DNA of 64,000 nt from Nitrosopumilus sp. (GTDB lineage: Archaea; Thermoproteota; Nitrososphaeria; Nitrososphaerales; Nitrosopumilaceae), in contig OZ244651.1 of NCBI GenBank assembly GCA_965218695.1, forward strand, positions 1,600,001 to 1,664,000. Reading direction: 5' to 3'. Made by a program: the position numbers and the translations under genes. Of the stretch, positions 10,715 through 22,935 are shown piece by piece (the first letter of the stretch is position 1; the number at the start of each line of letters is the position of its first letter). Below the pieces are notes generated by a model, which did no database searches, was not told the DNA's origin, and worked only from the letters and a program-made list of their open reading frames with translations.

Positions 10715-11155
10715 ATGGAAAGGTTTTTGAGGAAACAAACACCAATACCGTCCATGACCGGTACGGGAAGAGCGCTCAAGGCAACATCAATCGATCATGT
10801 AAACATGCAGGTCAAGAATTTGGAACAGAGTGTGAGGTTTTACGCCGACCTCTTTGGTTTTGAAATAAAACAGGAATCCAACACAAACAAGGCAGATCTG
10901 CCGTCCAAGATCATTGGTAATGATGCAATCAAGCTTTGCATGTATGAGGTGCCTGACATGTCTCCGGAGGGAGGAATTGCCCATTTTGGATTTAACATTG
11001 CCAATTTTGATGAAATAATTGAAAAATGCAGGGAGTCCGGGGCTGAGATACTTTATGGCGGCATAGTGGACTGGGAGACATCAAGATCAGTGTACATCGT
11101 AGATCCGAGCGGCTATGAAGTGGAACTAGGCGAAGTTCCCGGCGGCGGAATATAG
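10715..11155 (+). CDS. VOC/glyoxalase-family protein
   Basis: IDHVNMQVKNLEQSVRFY, HFGF, YIVDPSGYEVEL. Confidence 0.9.
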   Translation: MERFLRKQTPIPSMTGTGRALKATSIDHVNMQVKNLEQSVRFYADLFGFEIKQESNTNKADLPSKIIGNDAIKLCMYEVPDMSPEGGIAHFGFNIANFDEIIEKCRESGAEILYGGIVDWETSRSVYIVDPSGYEVELGEVPGGGI

Positions 11156-11656
11156 GATTCGTCGTCTATCGGCCAGATCCTGCCTGTAGAATCTGTCCGG
11201 GTGCGGCATGATGCCGGACATGACGATGAATATTTGCAGAATCATTCATACCAATATCTGAACAAATCCTGCATACTGTTAGGGAAGTAGCACGTTTTGC
11301 TAGAAAATAATATTAAACTGATCGATTCATGCGCTCGCGTTTGATACATGAAATACGTTGCATCCAGAAGTTCTTAAACACGGATGGTCCGGTTGCGGCC
11401 ACGTGTTGGCCAACCGAGCTTGACAAAAGCGCATCGGGGCGGGCAGAGGTCACCGGAGTTTGGATGTATTATGCGGCGTGTAATTGACCTGATGCATGAT
11501 TTTTTGACATATGCTCAAAGACGACGAATTGGAAGGGTTTCTGCCGGCTTGTGCAGTCATGACATATTTACAGCACGTTTTTTATTCTTCCAGTTCCAAA
11601 CTATCAATACAATTACTGTGAGTGCTCCAAAGTAATTAAGAACGATTTTAATGTTG

Positions 11657-13182
11657 GTAAGTGTTCACGTGGTTTAACTCATTTTTAGGCGTATTTTGCA
11701 ATCTCCGCCAAGTAATCCAATTTCTTGTTTTTCCATGTCATTACGCATGAAAAGAAATTCGCCATCCACGTCATCGTCTCCTCTGCCCTTATGCTGCCCC
11801 GTATCTTTCTGTGCACGACTATCTCGCGCAACCCGCGTTCTGCAGCATTGTTTGTCGGCGGGATCTTTGGATTCAGCACGAACCGGAACAGGTCGCTGCC
11901 AGCATTGCTGATCTTGACCATGAATTTTTTCAAGATTGGATCATCGGCGTACCTTGCAACGATCTTGTCGATGCATGACGTCAGCATGGCAGATGCGTTG
12001 TCCCGGAAAGAGCGAGAGCGTTTCCTGCTTGCCCTTCTGGCATAGTCATAGATTATGCGCAGGTGCTTCAGGACGTTGCGCGCGCCTGGGCAGTCAGGAT
12101 TGCGGTTGCAGATGTCCCTGGCCTCGCGTATTATGTGCGACCAGCAACACGCTGGACGCGGTATTTTCCGTACGCCGTCCAGCCGTCGCACACTAATATG
12201 CCGTTCCAACCCCCAAGTGCTTCTTTCAGAACCTTTGCCCCCCGGCTGCCTCGTATCACGTACAGCGCGTGCCCGGTCAGCGGATCGTGCAGTATCCACA
12301 CCCAGACGTTGCGGCCGTTTAGGTGAATCGATGTCTCGTCGGCGTGCAGTATCCTAGCCTTGCGTATCATGGCGGCAATGGCTGCTGCCGGGGTACCCGG
12401 CGACGCTCCCAGCCTGCGCATTATGTTGTGCGTCGTGCCCGAGGAGAGTGTAATTCCGTACCGCGACATGCGGTCTGCGATCATCCTAAACTGCATGCGA
12501 CATGCATAGTCGTCTGCAACCTCAGTAGTTATGCTCGAATCGTAGCTGCCCTTGTCTGGAAGGCAGGTCTCGGGCTTGATGTCCCCCGGACTGCAGGAGC
12601 AGCGACACGTGTTTACGGTGTGGCGCGTGGTGATGACCTTTGTCGTGCGCTCCACCCGGGTGATGTCGCGTTTTTCTGACTGCACTATGGAAAGGTTTTC
12701 CGAGCCGCATTCCGGGCAGGCCTCCGGGGTGTGTTCCTCAAACTCTGTGGGTTTTGGCTTGCTGGTGCGGCCCTCGTGGCCTTTTTGTCCCCCGCGCGAC
12801 TTCCCGCTGCCGGCCGCATCCACGCGGTCCTTTTGGTTCCGGGGGGTTTTTGTGGATTTATTGTCGGCATTCTTTTTGCCATCTTTTCCCTTTGCGTCGG
12901 GCCATCCGGGCCCCCTTTTGTGATGACGGGGTGTTGTAATTGTCATGTCGCGCCAGCCTGCGCTTAAGATCAGCAACTGCCAGATTCAATTCCTCAATCA
13001 TCTGCCCTTGCATCTCAATCGTCTGTTTGAGCTTGATGTTCTCAGTCTTGAGATCCGCGTACATCCTTTTGAGTTCAGCCTGGCTTTTCACATCGGGTTT
13101 GGATTACCATCCTATTTGGATCTGTGGTTTGCACAAAATTTACTCATGAGTGAACTGAATTAGGCACGACGTGAACACATAC
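11657..13182 (-). mobile_element. IS66-family element; transposase has two frameshifts
   Basis: Ends GTAAGTGTTCACG / CGTGAACACATAC; GGQKGH, HADET, CDG, TNNAAER split over 3 frames relative to the copy at 34150. Confidence 0.92.
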
Positions 13183-13184
13183 CA

Positions 13185-13907
13185 ATGAACGATGCAGTCA
13201 TTGACGTAAAGAAATACATGAAACCCACGATGCGGTTATTCAAGCGCGTGTTAAAGAATGCCGGTTACGATGTTCCGTATGTAGCGCGCATTTGTGGTTT
13301 AGCCCTAAATGAAGCAGGACGTCATGATGAGACGATATCTGTACTTCAGGGTTTGGTCGAGCAGGTACCCTATGATGGCATTGTGCTCCAAACTCTTGGA
13401 GAATCATACTATGCGAAAGGAGACGCTATCTTTGGCAAAGCATGGCTCATAATCGCAATGAAGACAGCGCACAAGGTGTGTGAGATGTTTGGAACACAAA
13501 ACAGTCCCAGAGGCGCCGCGCATGCTTCAAAGACGAATTTGCCAAACGTTTGGATCAATAATGCATTACTCTACAGGGCGATCGGGGAGACGTTTCGGCT
13601 CAACGAGGAAATGGACTTGGCGGCGCGGTGCTTTGAGGCCGCCCTTACACAATATCCGAGCTATATCTTGTTGCAAATAGACATCGGAAGCACGTTTATC
13701 GGAATGAGAATGAATGAAAAAGCAATTGGTTGCTTCAAAAAGGTGGTTGCTGTAGAGCCCACAAACACGTTCGCATTAGGACAGCTTGGAATACTTTATG
13801 GAGTATCAGATACAAAGGAATCTGAGAAATATTATAAAATGGTGCTAAAACTGGAACCGGAAAACGAATCAGTCAAGCGCGACCTAGAATCTTTACACGA
13901 TATATGA
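13185..13907 (+). CDS. TPR-repeat protein, probably N-terminally truncated by IS66
   Basis: LGE.YY..G, A..CFE.AL, A.GCFKKVV..EP, YYK.VL.LEP repeats; starts 2 bp after the IS end. Confidence 0.8.
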   Translation: MNDAVIDVKKYMKPTMRLFKRVLKNAGYDVPYVARICGLALNEAGRHDETISVLQGLVEQVPYDGIVLQTLGESYYAKGDAIFGKAWLIIAMKTAHKVCEMFGTQNSPRGAAHASKTNLPNVWINNALLYRAIGETFRLNEEMDLAARCFEAALTQYPSYILLQIDIGSTFIGMRMNEKAIGCFKKVVAVEPTNTFALGQLGILYGVSDTKESEKYYKMVLKLEPENESVKRDLESLHDI

Positions 13908-13988
13908 CAAGGAATGTTCAAACCCTCTGCCTGAATGTGTTATGTTTGATCATAAGCCGTCACATAAAACACACATGATTCACGAAGG

Positions 13989-14546
13989 CTAGTAGATCAT
14001 CAGATCCTTCTCTTCCAAGAGCGCGTGGATGCCGTGTACAGAACGAAACACGTCCTCCTCGGTCTTGCCGCCCGTGCACACCAACTTGCCGGAGGCAAAC
14101 AACAGTATGACGGTCTTTGGATCCAATATCCTGTGTATGAGTCCCGGGAACTGCTCCGGCTCGTATATGCTGCGCGGCAGCGTGCGTGCTGCATCCTCGA
14201 TGCGGATTCTCCCGCCCAGGTTTATCGCGGCCACGATGTTCTGGACCGTGACTGTCGCGTCGTTTTTGATATGGATGCCGTTCTTCCTGAGTTTGTGCAC
14301 CACGGTGTTTACCGCCTTGGCTGCCAGCTCTCCTGACTTTGCACCCGTGCACACCATTTTGCCGGTCCGGAATATCAGCGTGGCAGTCTTTGGTACGGCA
14401 AGCCTGAAGACCAGGCCGGGGAACTGTTTCGGGTGGTACTCGGTTCCTGGAAACTTTTCCTGTATGTCATACAGGTCCATCTTCTGGCCGACTGACGCGG
14501 TAGCGACCACGTTCTCGACTGTGATCACGGGCTTGGTCTGCGGCAT
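13989..14546 (-). CDS. tbp: TATA-box binding protein (paralog in accessory region)
   Basis: Two TBP repeats: ENVVA..Y.P.QFPGL.FR...PK...LIF.TGK.VCTG and QNIVA..YEPEQFPGL..R..DPK...LLF.SGKLVCTG. Confidence 0.97.
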   Translation of the reverse strand: MPQTKPVITVENVVATASVGQKMDLYDIQEKFPGTEYHPKQFPGLVFRLAVPKTATLIFRTGKMVCTGAKSGELAAKAVNTVVHKLRKNGIHIKNDATVTVQNIVAAINLGGRIRIEDAARTLPRSIYEPEQFPGLIHRILDPKTVILLFASGKLVCTGGKTEEDVFRSVHGIHALLEEKDLMIY

Positions 14547-14700
14547 GGATCGGGCTTTGCTGCCTGCCATATATCAGTGATGGGGCCGCAAATCTAAATC
14601 CGTGATCATGGGTGCGTTGGTGTCGGCAACACACGTTGGCACGCTCTGACTGCACGTTGTCCGGTGCCTGGGCAAATACCATAAATGTGGGAGGGAGGTT

Positions 14701-15039
14701 ATGCCGTCTAGTATGGAGAAACTGGAAAAAATAGGAGATTTGGTTAGGCATTATGATGGGCCCGGCGTGTTTTTGTTTACGAAGCACCTGTCCGATGATA
14801 GTCGCATACATGCCACGTCGTGCCAATCCGTAAAATTCCGGTATGATGCGAACCTCGTTCGGAACACCCCGCTCAGTGCCGGCCACGGAAGGAACGAATA
14901 CTTTTGGTGTGAGACGCTGGAAGAGGCCAAAAAGGTATGGTTAAAGTGGCACACGAACCCAAAAGATCAAACGTGCAGGAAGTGTAAAATGCCCCCGCTC
15001 ACTGATGATGAGATACAGGCAGCAAGGCCATCAAACTGA
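14701..15039 (+). CDS. hypothetical protein with H..xC and CxxC motifs
   Basis: 112-aa ORF preceded by GGAGG. Confidence 0.6.
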   Translation: MPSSMEKLEKIGDLVRHYDGPGVFLFTKHLSDDSRIHATSCQSVKFRYDANLVRNTPLSAGHGRNEYFWCETLEEAKKVWLKWHTNPKDQTCRKCKMPPLTDDEIQAARPSN

Positions 15040-15049
15040 TTGAACGCAG

Positions 15050-15604
15050 TTGAACGGCAAAACAATCATAATTCTTGGCGTCATCTTGGCTGTCGCATTG
15101 GGCGTGGCCCTGGCAGCCGCGCTGTTTGCAGGTCTGCAGGACGACACGGCGCCGCATTTGGTGGAACCCCAACACGATCCTGTACCGGTAGAACCGCGTC
15201 CCGCAGGAGTGCACCCGGATGCAACACAAGGCAAAATAACCAAGATTATCGACGGCGACACGCTACATTTTGACGCCGTCAGGTACAGGCTCAGCCTGAT
15301 TGACACGCCGGAACGCGGGGAAGACGGATTCTGGGAGGCCACCAACGCCTTGAAGGAACTGTGCCCGAAGGGCAGCATCGCGTACATGGACGAGGACTCC
15401 ATTAGACAGTTCGACAAGTACGGTCGCCACTTGGGGACGGTGTGGTGCGAGGGCAATAACTATTCCACGACTGCAGGCGCGTGGCTGCACGCAAACGGCC
15501 TTCTGGAGAAGTTTTACGCCGAGTTTTGCAGTTCCACGGAGGCCGCTACATCGGAATGGGCCGAAGTCACCGGGACATGGACGTATTATGAGGCGTGCAA
15601 ATGA
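15050..15604 (+). CDS. membrane-anchored thermonuclease (SNase-like)
   Basis: N-terminal TM helix; IIDGDT, RL..IDTPE, DKYGR.L motifs. Confidence 0.88.
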   Translation: MNGKTIIILGVILAVALGVALAAALFAGLQDDTAPHLVEPQHDPVPVEPRPAGVHPDATQGKITKIIDGDTLHFDAVRYRLSLIDTPERGEDGFWEATNALKELCPKGSIAYMDEDSIRQFDKYGRHLGTVWCEGNNYSTTAGAWLHANGLLEKFYAEFCSSTEAATSEWAEVTGTWTYYEACK

Positions 15605-15663
15605 CATGACATGCGTCTGATTTCTAATTACGGATAGTCTACTGTATTGTTTCCCATACATAC

Positions 15664-18536
15664 TCATGAGCCGATTCGATATTTGTCCAATCCCTTCTTC
15701 CCAACATTGGTGTCAAACACGTCTCCCGTGACAAACATCGCCCCCACCAGTTGCAGTTTTACGTCGGCGGGTTCTTCCGGAACCTCTTCGCTCTCGCGTG
15801 GCTTGGCCGCTATTGCCAGGTGTTTGCCCAACGCGAGTATGCCCGAGACCAGAGCGCCGACGTCCTTGCCGCGCTGATACTCTGCAAGCATCCGGTCAAT
15901 GTCTGTGACCCACGGTCGGATGTAATCCGAGGTGGCCACGTGCAGCACTGCTTCGGCATCACTCTCGGTAATGTTCCCGCCGTCAACCTCCCTGCCGAGG
16001 GTTCTCTTTATCTCGGTGACATTCTTTTCGTGTTTCTGTTTCTTCTTGGTCTTGAGGTATACCAAAAGTGAAAAGTTGATGCGATTGTCACATATTTTAC
16101 CGCATCTAGAGTTATACCAATTTCACGTCCCACAGTCAATGAAGATCAAGACGATGTTGAAAAGATACACCGCTGAGACAGACTGCGATACCAAGGACCG
16201 CATGATGCTGATCATCAGAGTCAAACGTGATGGAATAACCATGAGGGATTCTGCAAAATCCCTGGGAAAGTCAGCCTCGTGGGGCTACAAGTGGCATGAG
16301 CGCTACCTGGAAGTCGGATTTGACAGGCTGGGAAACATGCCGCGCTCCGGCAGGCCGACCAAGGCGAGCAAGGCAGACATGAAGAAGATCAGAAAGGCCG
16401 CATGCAGTAAACCGGTCTGGACGGGCAGGGAGATGCAGCAATACATCCAACAGAAGACCGGAGTAAAGTACGAACTCGGATATGTGCGCCAGATACTGCG
16501 CGGGTGGGGCTATTCCCAAAAGGTTCCCGTAGGAAAACATGCAAGAAGGGCACCTGACGAGGAGATCAGGAAATTCCAAAAAGAGATGCCAGAGATTATA
16601 AAAAAAGAACAGTGAAGGAACAGTCGTAGCGATACAGGACGAGTCCATAGTAATCTCCGATGCGCGGCCGCGAAGACGCGGCTACACCAGGAAGGGAATA
16701 CGGGCGTTTTTCACGTACACCGGCTCACACTCCAAGACGATAATCCATGGACTAATCACCACGGACGGCAGGGGCATGTTCCGGCAGTACGATGCGTTTA
16801 CCAAGGACACCTTTGAGGACTTTCTAAGGCAGGCGATGTACAGGTTCAAGAAGATCTGCCTGATCATGGACAAGGCCTCCCAGCACAGGGCATCAAACAT
16901 ACGCAAACTGCTTGATGGCACAGACGGCCTGGAGATAATCTTCCTGCCAACTGCAACCCCGGACCTGAGCGCCATAGAGACGTACTGGAGGGATCTCAAA
17001 CGGGCAGTGCTTGACGTGCCGTACACCAGCCTGAGCATGCTCCGCGAGGCGATCACCCGGTACACGAGGTACAAAAAACCGAATCTGGTAGTCGAGAATT
17101 TTCTGTACAGGGCCATCTAGAACGACATCAAACCGCACCGGATCCACGCCGCCTAGCGTGTGCCATGCACGGCGCACCAGAGCATGCAATGTCTAATGTT
17201 TGGAGCGTCTTTTCTCGTCATTTGGGAATTCAACGCACCTCGTAATTTCCAGAGACGGCTGTTGCATCAAAAATTTATGAGCGATTTTGATATGAATTTT
17301 TCATTGCTGGTATACTTTACGTCGTTGAGTACCTGCCCCTTGTTTTTGATTATCGCCGCGCGCGCCTTGGCGTCTATCATCAGTAACTCCCTGAATGATT
17401 CGGCATTGTCTTGCCCGTCCATAGGAAGGTGTCTGGGGGTGTCTACGCCGCATGACGCCCTCAGTATCGCTTCCGTGTCGTCGTCGGGAACAGTCGCCGT
17501 GTCCTTTTTGTAGTCATACATCACGAAATACACGCGGCGTTCAGGCTTTTCTTGCAGGTAGGCAAGCACGGCGTGCTGTCCCTCGCCTCTCTTTCCGCTG
17601 CGCCGTCCCATGGAAATTTCCTTCATGCTGTCGATTCCGCGTTCCTTGATGCACTTGGAAAGCTCGTTTATGGGCGTGTTTGCCGGCATCAGGTCTGACT
17701 CGCGCTCCATCTGCTTTACTATCGTGTCGGATCCGTCCCCGCTCTCGCTCAGGACCCTTATCCTTTTCTCGATCGAGCCGTTGTACTGCTTGTATTCGGG
17801 AACAGTACCCAGCAGTTCGGCTGCAAGCCCCACGGTCTTGTTCACGACGTCTATCTTGTGCAAAAGCTTGCCCACCAACTTCAGGACCGCGTCCAGCTCC
17901 TTGTCCGGATAGCACGCCCTGGAATGCACCACGCCGTGCCTGCTCGTGAGTCTGTCTACCCTTCCGGTTCTCTGCACTATCCGCATCGGGTTCCATGGAA
18001 GGTCGTAGTTTATGATATAGTTGCAGTCCTGAAGGTTCTGTCCCTCGGAGAGGACTTCGGTGGACACCAGAATGTCTATCTCCTTGTCGTTGAGTTTCTC
18101 GTCCTCGGCCAGGTTTGATTTCGGGGCAAACCTCCGAATGTAGTTCATCCGGGTTTTTGGGTCAGAGCTTCCTGTTATGCACTCGACTGACTTGTCCTTG
18201 AATATGTTTTTCAGGTTTTTGGTGACGTATTTTGCAGTGGCGGTGTATTCGGTGAACACCAACACCTTCCCACCTTCGTTTTCCAAGATTCGATCCTTCA
18301 TTATCGTCTTCTCCACTTCCTGCAGTTTGGTGTCTATCGTTATCTTCTCCACCTCGGCAAGGAGGTATTCGAGCCGTCCCAGATCCGAATCGACATCGCG
18401 TTTGAGCCCTTCAAGGTCGTACTCTTTTCCGACGTCTTCCTGGGGGATCTTTTCAAGTTCCTTCATGAGGTATTCCTCTTGCTCCTCGTCCGTGTCCGAA
18501 TCGCTGCCGCGCACGGATGAGTGAAACTTTTGCATT
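15664..18536 (-). pseudogene. SNF2-type helicase, C-terminal half, split by IS630 and truncated by an IS5 end
   Basis: KVLVFTEY..TA, STEVLSEGQNLQD, NYDLPWNPMRIVQRTGRVDR; removing IS 16060-17312 and one TA joins ...NDVKY|LKTKKK in frame. Confidence 0.85.
16060..17312 (+). mobile_element. IS630-family element; transposase in two frames (16139-16615, then +1 frame to 17120)
   Basis: IRs TACCA....TGAAAA.TT with TA flanks; QDES, MDKA, LSAIETYW; frame change at an A7 run. Confidence 0.9.
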
Positions 18537-20102
18537 AGAAGATATGCGTAATCCATCCATTTTACCAACCCTGCCATAAAAAACCGGAAAAATACGGCCT
18601 AAAACTACTCGTGTCGGGCATCAGTCTTCCCAGAAGTAGCTCAGGGTAGCACCGGCGGCGGGGGCTCCGGCGGCTCTTTGTAGCCAAATACGATCAGCAA
18701 CAGCAGCATGTCCCTGAGATCCTGTTGGGTGATCGGGGGATCCGTGGGATAAATCCCGGTAACGTGCATCAGCGTTGCGTTTGCCATTACCCAAGCGTTA
18801 AAGACGGCTACAGAGTACACAAAGCACAAAAGTCGCGCCATCGGGTTCTTGCTGTGCGTCTTGGCCCTTGTGTTTTCTATCATCCGGTATCCAGTCTCTA
18901 TGCCCCACCTGTTCCCGTACGAGTCCGGATCCACGTCGGGGACGTTGGTGGCAAACCCGATGTATTTCTCGTGCGGCAGCAGCTCGTCGTCGTCCTTTCT
19001 TTTCTTCCTCTTCTTCCTTTCTGTGATGGTCATCGTATACGACACCTCCCTGCCATCTCCCCCGACGATGACGGATTTGGAGACGCGGCCGCGCCTGCCT
19101 GTAGCAAACTCTGCGATGGCATCCACCACAGTATCCGTATTCTTGCATGGTATCAGATATTTGATGCCCATGTCCCCAAGCGTCCCCATTACGTCTGCCG
19201 TAAAGAACTCCCTGTCCAGCATCGCCATTCCGATGCAGGCCCCCACGTCCCGTGCAGAGCCGATGATTTTACGCACGAAATCGGCAGTATCCTCAAGTGA
19301 CGGCATGTTCAGGACGCCTAACACGAGGCGAAGGTTCTGAACCGTGGACTGTATCGTGATGTACCTCTCAAAGACGTGTGTCCCGTCCTTGGCCTTTGAG
19401 CGCACCAGTTCTGCCCCGTAGCTCTTGTCGTATCTGGGTATCAGGTGCATGTCGATTGCCAAGTCAATCTCCTGGTCTTTCTTGAGCAGTCTCATCTTGC
19501 GCATCTGGTCAAGCTGCAGGACGACTGTCTTGGCAAAGCATTTGTAGACGTCGCTGCCACGCGTCCGGGATGCCGCATCGCGCATCCACTCATCACTTGG
19601 GCGTGAGTCCCCGTCTGCACCGCCGATTCTCTTGGAGGACCTGGTGCATCCGGCCACCTGCCTGCCGTGCGCACATGCGCCTGCCATGCTTCTGTGAAAA
19701 TCCTCGGTGCCGTAGATGGCATTGTGCCTGTGTGAGACCATGATGCACGGGGACATGCCTGCCCCTACCGTGTCCAGAACATCTTGATATATGCGTGGGT
19801 TGTTAAGCAAGTCGCGTCTCAGTTGGTTCATTGGTAGTTCGATGACCTTCTGAGATTGCCCTAATTGATCTGTTTTGATTTTGGGCTGTTTTCAGGTACT
19901 TCTGGGAAGACTGGGCATGTGACAAGTCCGTTCACCCCAAAATCCAAAACAACATGCGCAGCCTTACAGCACTTCATCGTGCCCTGAATTCTACTTGGCC
20001 GGAGCCTGGGAGCAGGCCCTGTCCCAGTCGACTGACGTCTTCCACTGCCCTGGCGGTGGCGGACCCTTTTCCATAAAGTCCCACAAAAGGTCCAGGTTTA
20101 CC
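18537..20102 (-). mobile_element. 3' remnant of an IS5-family element (same type as 37357-39315), interrupted by ISH3
   Basis: Homologous to 39050-39315, end AGAAGATATGCGTAAT; encodes VNLDLLWDFMEKGPPPPGQWK. Confidence 0.8.
18622..19913 (-). mobile_element. ISH3-family element, copy 1 (transposase 18641-19831)
   Basis: Perfect IR CAGTCTTCCCAGAAGTA, 5-bp TSD GGCAT; AIDMH, LDREF, RWGIETGY. Confidence 0.93.
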
Positions 20103-21277
20103 AGAGACATAATCCGTAATTGGGCATAACCACGCGATTGGACGCATTGCAGGACAAATCCGGTTGACTGCATGGAATTGCATGTCAATTCGAACTTACC
20201 CAATGATCAAAACTATACGTCAGTCGTGTTTTATTCTGATTGCCCATATCAAAGCATGTCATTATACGACAGATTGGCAAAAAAGCCCAAACTGTTCATC
20301 CGGTGCACTGGACTGACAGTCTCCGAATTTAATTTGGTGGCAGGACGGCTGGCAAAAAAATACCCCAAGGCAGAGCAAAAGCGACTCTCCAAAAGAAGCA
20401 GGGTGCGCGGCATTGGTGCCGGACGCAGGTGGAAACTGGATCTGAAAAACAGGTTTCTTCTGGTCCTGTTTTATTACAGGACATACGCCACGCAGGATCT
20501 TCTTGCCATGGTGTTTCAGGTGGGCCAGGCCAGCGTGTCCCGCAGCATGGGGGCACTGGAGCCGTCGATCCGGCAGTGCGTTCCGCTTCCGTCAAAGATA
20601 TACTCTGACATCAAGGCCACCAAGACGCTTGACGATCTTGAGGAGATCATTCCGGGCCTGACTGCCCTGATTGATGCCTCCGAGCAGCAGATACAACGTC
20701 CCGGGCGCAAGGACATGGAACGGTTCCACTACTCGGGAAAGGCACACAGGTACACGTCCAAGGTCCAGTACACATCGGCCACGGACGGCCTCATCCTTCA
20801 CAAGACCCGGCATTCCCCGGGCAGGATCCACGACTTTGCAGTATTCAAAAAGAAACACCCGGCATTCCCTGACAACCTTACACGCAAGGACGGGAGCAGG
20901 GACAAGAAAAGGACCAAAGTAAGGGAGCTTCTGGACAGCGGATACCAGGGGATCAACAAGGAGTTTCCTGACCGGGATGCCGTAGTGCCGTACAAGAAGC
21001 AAAAAGGCGTAGAATTGTCCCCCGAGCAGAAGGAATTCAACAAAAAACACTCAAAGGTACGGGTGTATGTGGAACACGCCATCCGCAGGGTCAAACGGTT
21101 TCGCATAATGGGCAGTGTCTGCCGAAACCGCCTGAAAAAATATGACACCGTCAATGACATCGTCTGTGGATTTGCCAACCTCAGAGTTCTCCTAGTCCGG
21201 GAAGCGGCCGGATAGGAGTCAAAAACCTACACAATATAGGAAAATATGCACAATTTCTAATTACGGATTATGTCTCT
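20103..21277 (+). mobile_element. IS5-family (DDE_Tnp_4-type) element, intact transposase 20256-21215
   Basis: 19-bp IR AGAGACATAATCCGTAATT; IDASE, YSGK, DSGYQG, RVYVEHAI. Confidence 0.9.
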
Positions 21278-21510
21278 GTAAGGGATACGGATCGTTGACT
21301 TGACTGCCGCCAGGGAGGCAAAGAACGAGTCTGCATACTGGAAAGGAGCCCCGACCTTGCGACGGTTGGCTTTTTTGACCTCGATGCACCTCTCCGGGTC
21401 ATCGCGAATAATTAATGCCTGACCGCGCCTGATGTATTTTTCGTTGTCCGTCTTCAATCCGACACTCTAGGATCCACTGATCTTTAGCTTTTTCGGTCTA
21501 GAACACAGCC
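21278..21510 (-). mobile_element. 5' remnant of another IS5-family element
   Basis: N..KVGAPFQYADS...L...K....IPYR N-terminal motif; end GGCTGTGTTC at 21510. Confidence 0.65.
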
Positions 21511-21822
21511 AACATCACTCACTGCAACTAGGCGTAATTATGCATCTATGTAACCCATCCCCGGACTTATCCAGGTTTTGCGTCCAGCTTGTCATTTTGG
21601 GTGTGTTTTTTGTCTTCTTAAGCGTTACCTGCATGCAGAATCCTGCCAGATCCGCAGAAAACGTGGCTTGTTGCCCCGCGGAGTGACATGCATAATCCCT
21701 TCCGGGGGGTCTGGGGGGCTGGCCCCCCAGCATTCATGTAGAAACATCCCACAATTCCCACAATTCGTACACAGCATCCGCTAGGGCCGGCACTGCATTT
21801 ACTGACACCACCGGTTCCGCGT

Positions 21823-22772
21823 CTACGCCTCCTTCATGACTTGTCTGATCTTGGCGCGGTACAGCTTTTCGTTTCTGTCCTCGTACAGGTTGTCTTCTGT
21901 CAACATGTGCCAGATGATCGTCAGCATCTTGTTTGCGACGTGCGTTATGGCGATGTTGTGCCTGTGCCTCTTCATGAGGCGCTCGTAGTATGCCTTCATC
22001 CTCGGGTCGTGCCTCACTGCCACCAGCGCGCACTGGACCATGACCCAGTTGACCCTGCCAGTAGTGCTGCAGAAAACGCGTCCATCCCGGTAATGCTCAT
22101 CAGTATCTTCGGGCTGTGGGCGTCGCGGACGTAGCGCCTGATCTCGTTTTCGGTCTTTTTTATCTCGTCGTTGTAGTGCCGTATCTTGGCTATGCAGCGG
22201 TCCAGGACGAACCTGTCATGGGGACTCTCCACGTCGGCTTCTTCAAGGTACGCCAGGACCCTTTTGGTCCAGACGTTTTTCCCGCCGTCCTTCGGGTTCA
22301 CGTCATACTTGTCAGTCAGCGTGTGCACGAAGTTTATCGCCCTGGTCCTGTCCTGCACCAGGCGGATCTGGTACCTGAGGATCTGTTTTATCCCCCTGGA
22401 TTCGGCCGAACCCAGGTGGCAGGCGGGAATCAGGTTGGATCTTAGCAGGTGGGCAAGCGTTCTTGCGTCGATGGTGTCGTTTTTTATGCTGGCAGACGCG
22501 ATTGCCTTGATCTTGAACGGGTTTGCAAGGGCGATGGGGATTCCCACGCGTTCAAAGGCATCGATGGTCTTTATCCAGTGGTTCCCGGTGGACTCGCAGA
22601 CTGCCCTGCATCCACCGTGTCTGGCCCTTGCGGACGTGGCAAACTCTAGCGCGTCCTTGGCCGTGTTGGCATACGATGACTCTTCGAGGATCTCCCCGTC
22701 GTGCGTCATTACGCATGTCACGCATTTTCTCTTTCCTATGTCGATTCCAATACTCTTTTCTATTTCTCTCAC
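21823..22772 (-). pseudogene. IS110 transposase with an internal deletion and frameshift
   Basis: GIDIG, CEST, KNDTIDA present; the GLxP..SG segment is absent; C-terminus (WVMVQCA...ANKML.IIW.ML) is in another frame. Confidence 0.88.
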
Positions 22773-22779
22773 CTCCTTT

Positions 22780-22935
22780 CCGTGTGTGACAGGCTGGAAG
22801 CTGCATGCATCTATCAGGACTCGAAGTCCAGTAACCCAGCAGCTCGGATAGCCCCATTCAACAGGAAGGCCTTGACGACCATGCATAATTAGGGGTCAGC
22901 CCGTCACACACGGTGAGTGGGTCGGGTTATCATGT
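22780..22935 (-). ncRNA. candidate IS110 bridge/seek RNA
   Basis: 17-bp closing stem (22780-22796 / 22897-22913) enclosing segments that match the element's donor and target junction arms. Confidence 0.75.
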
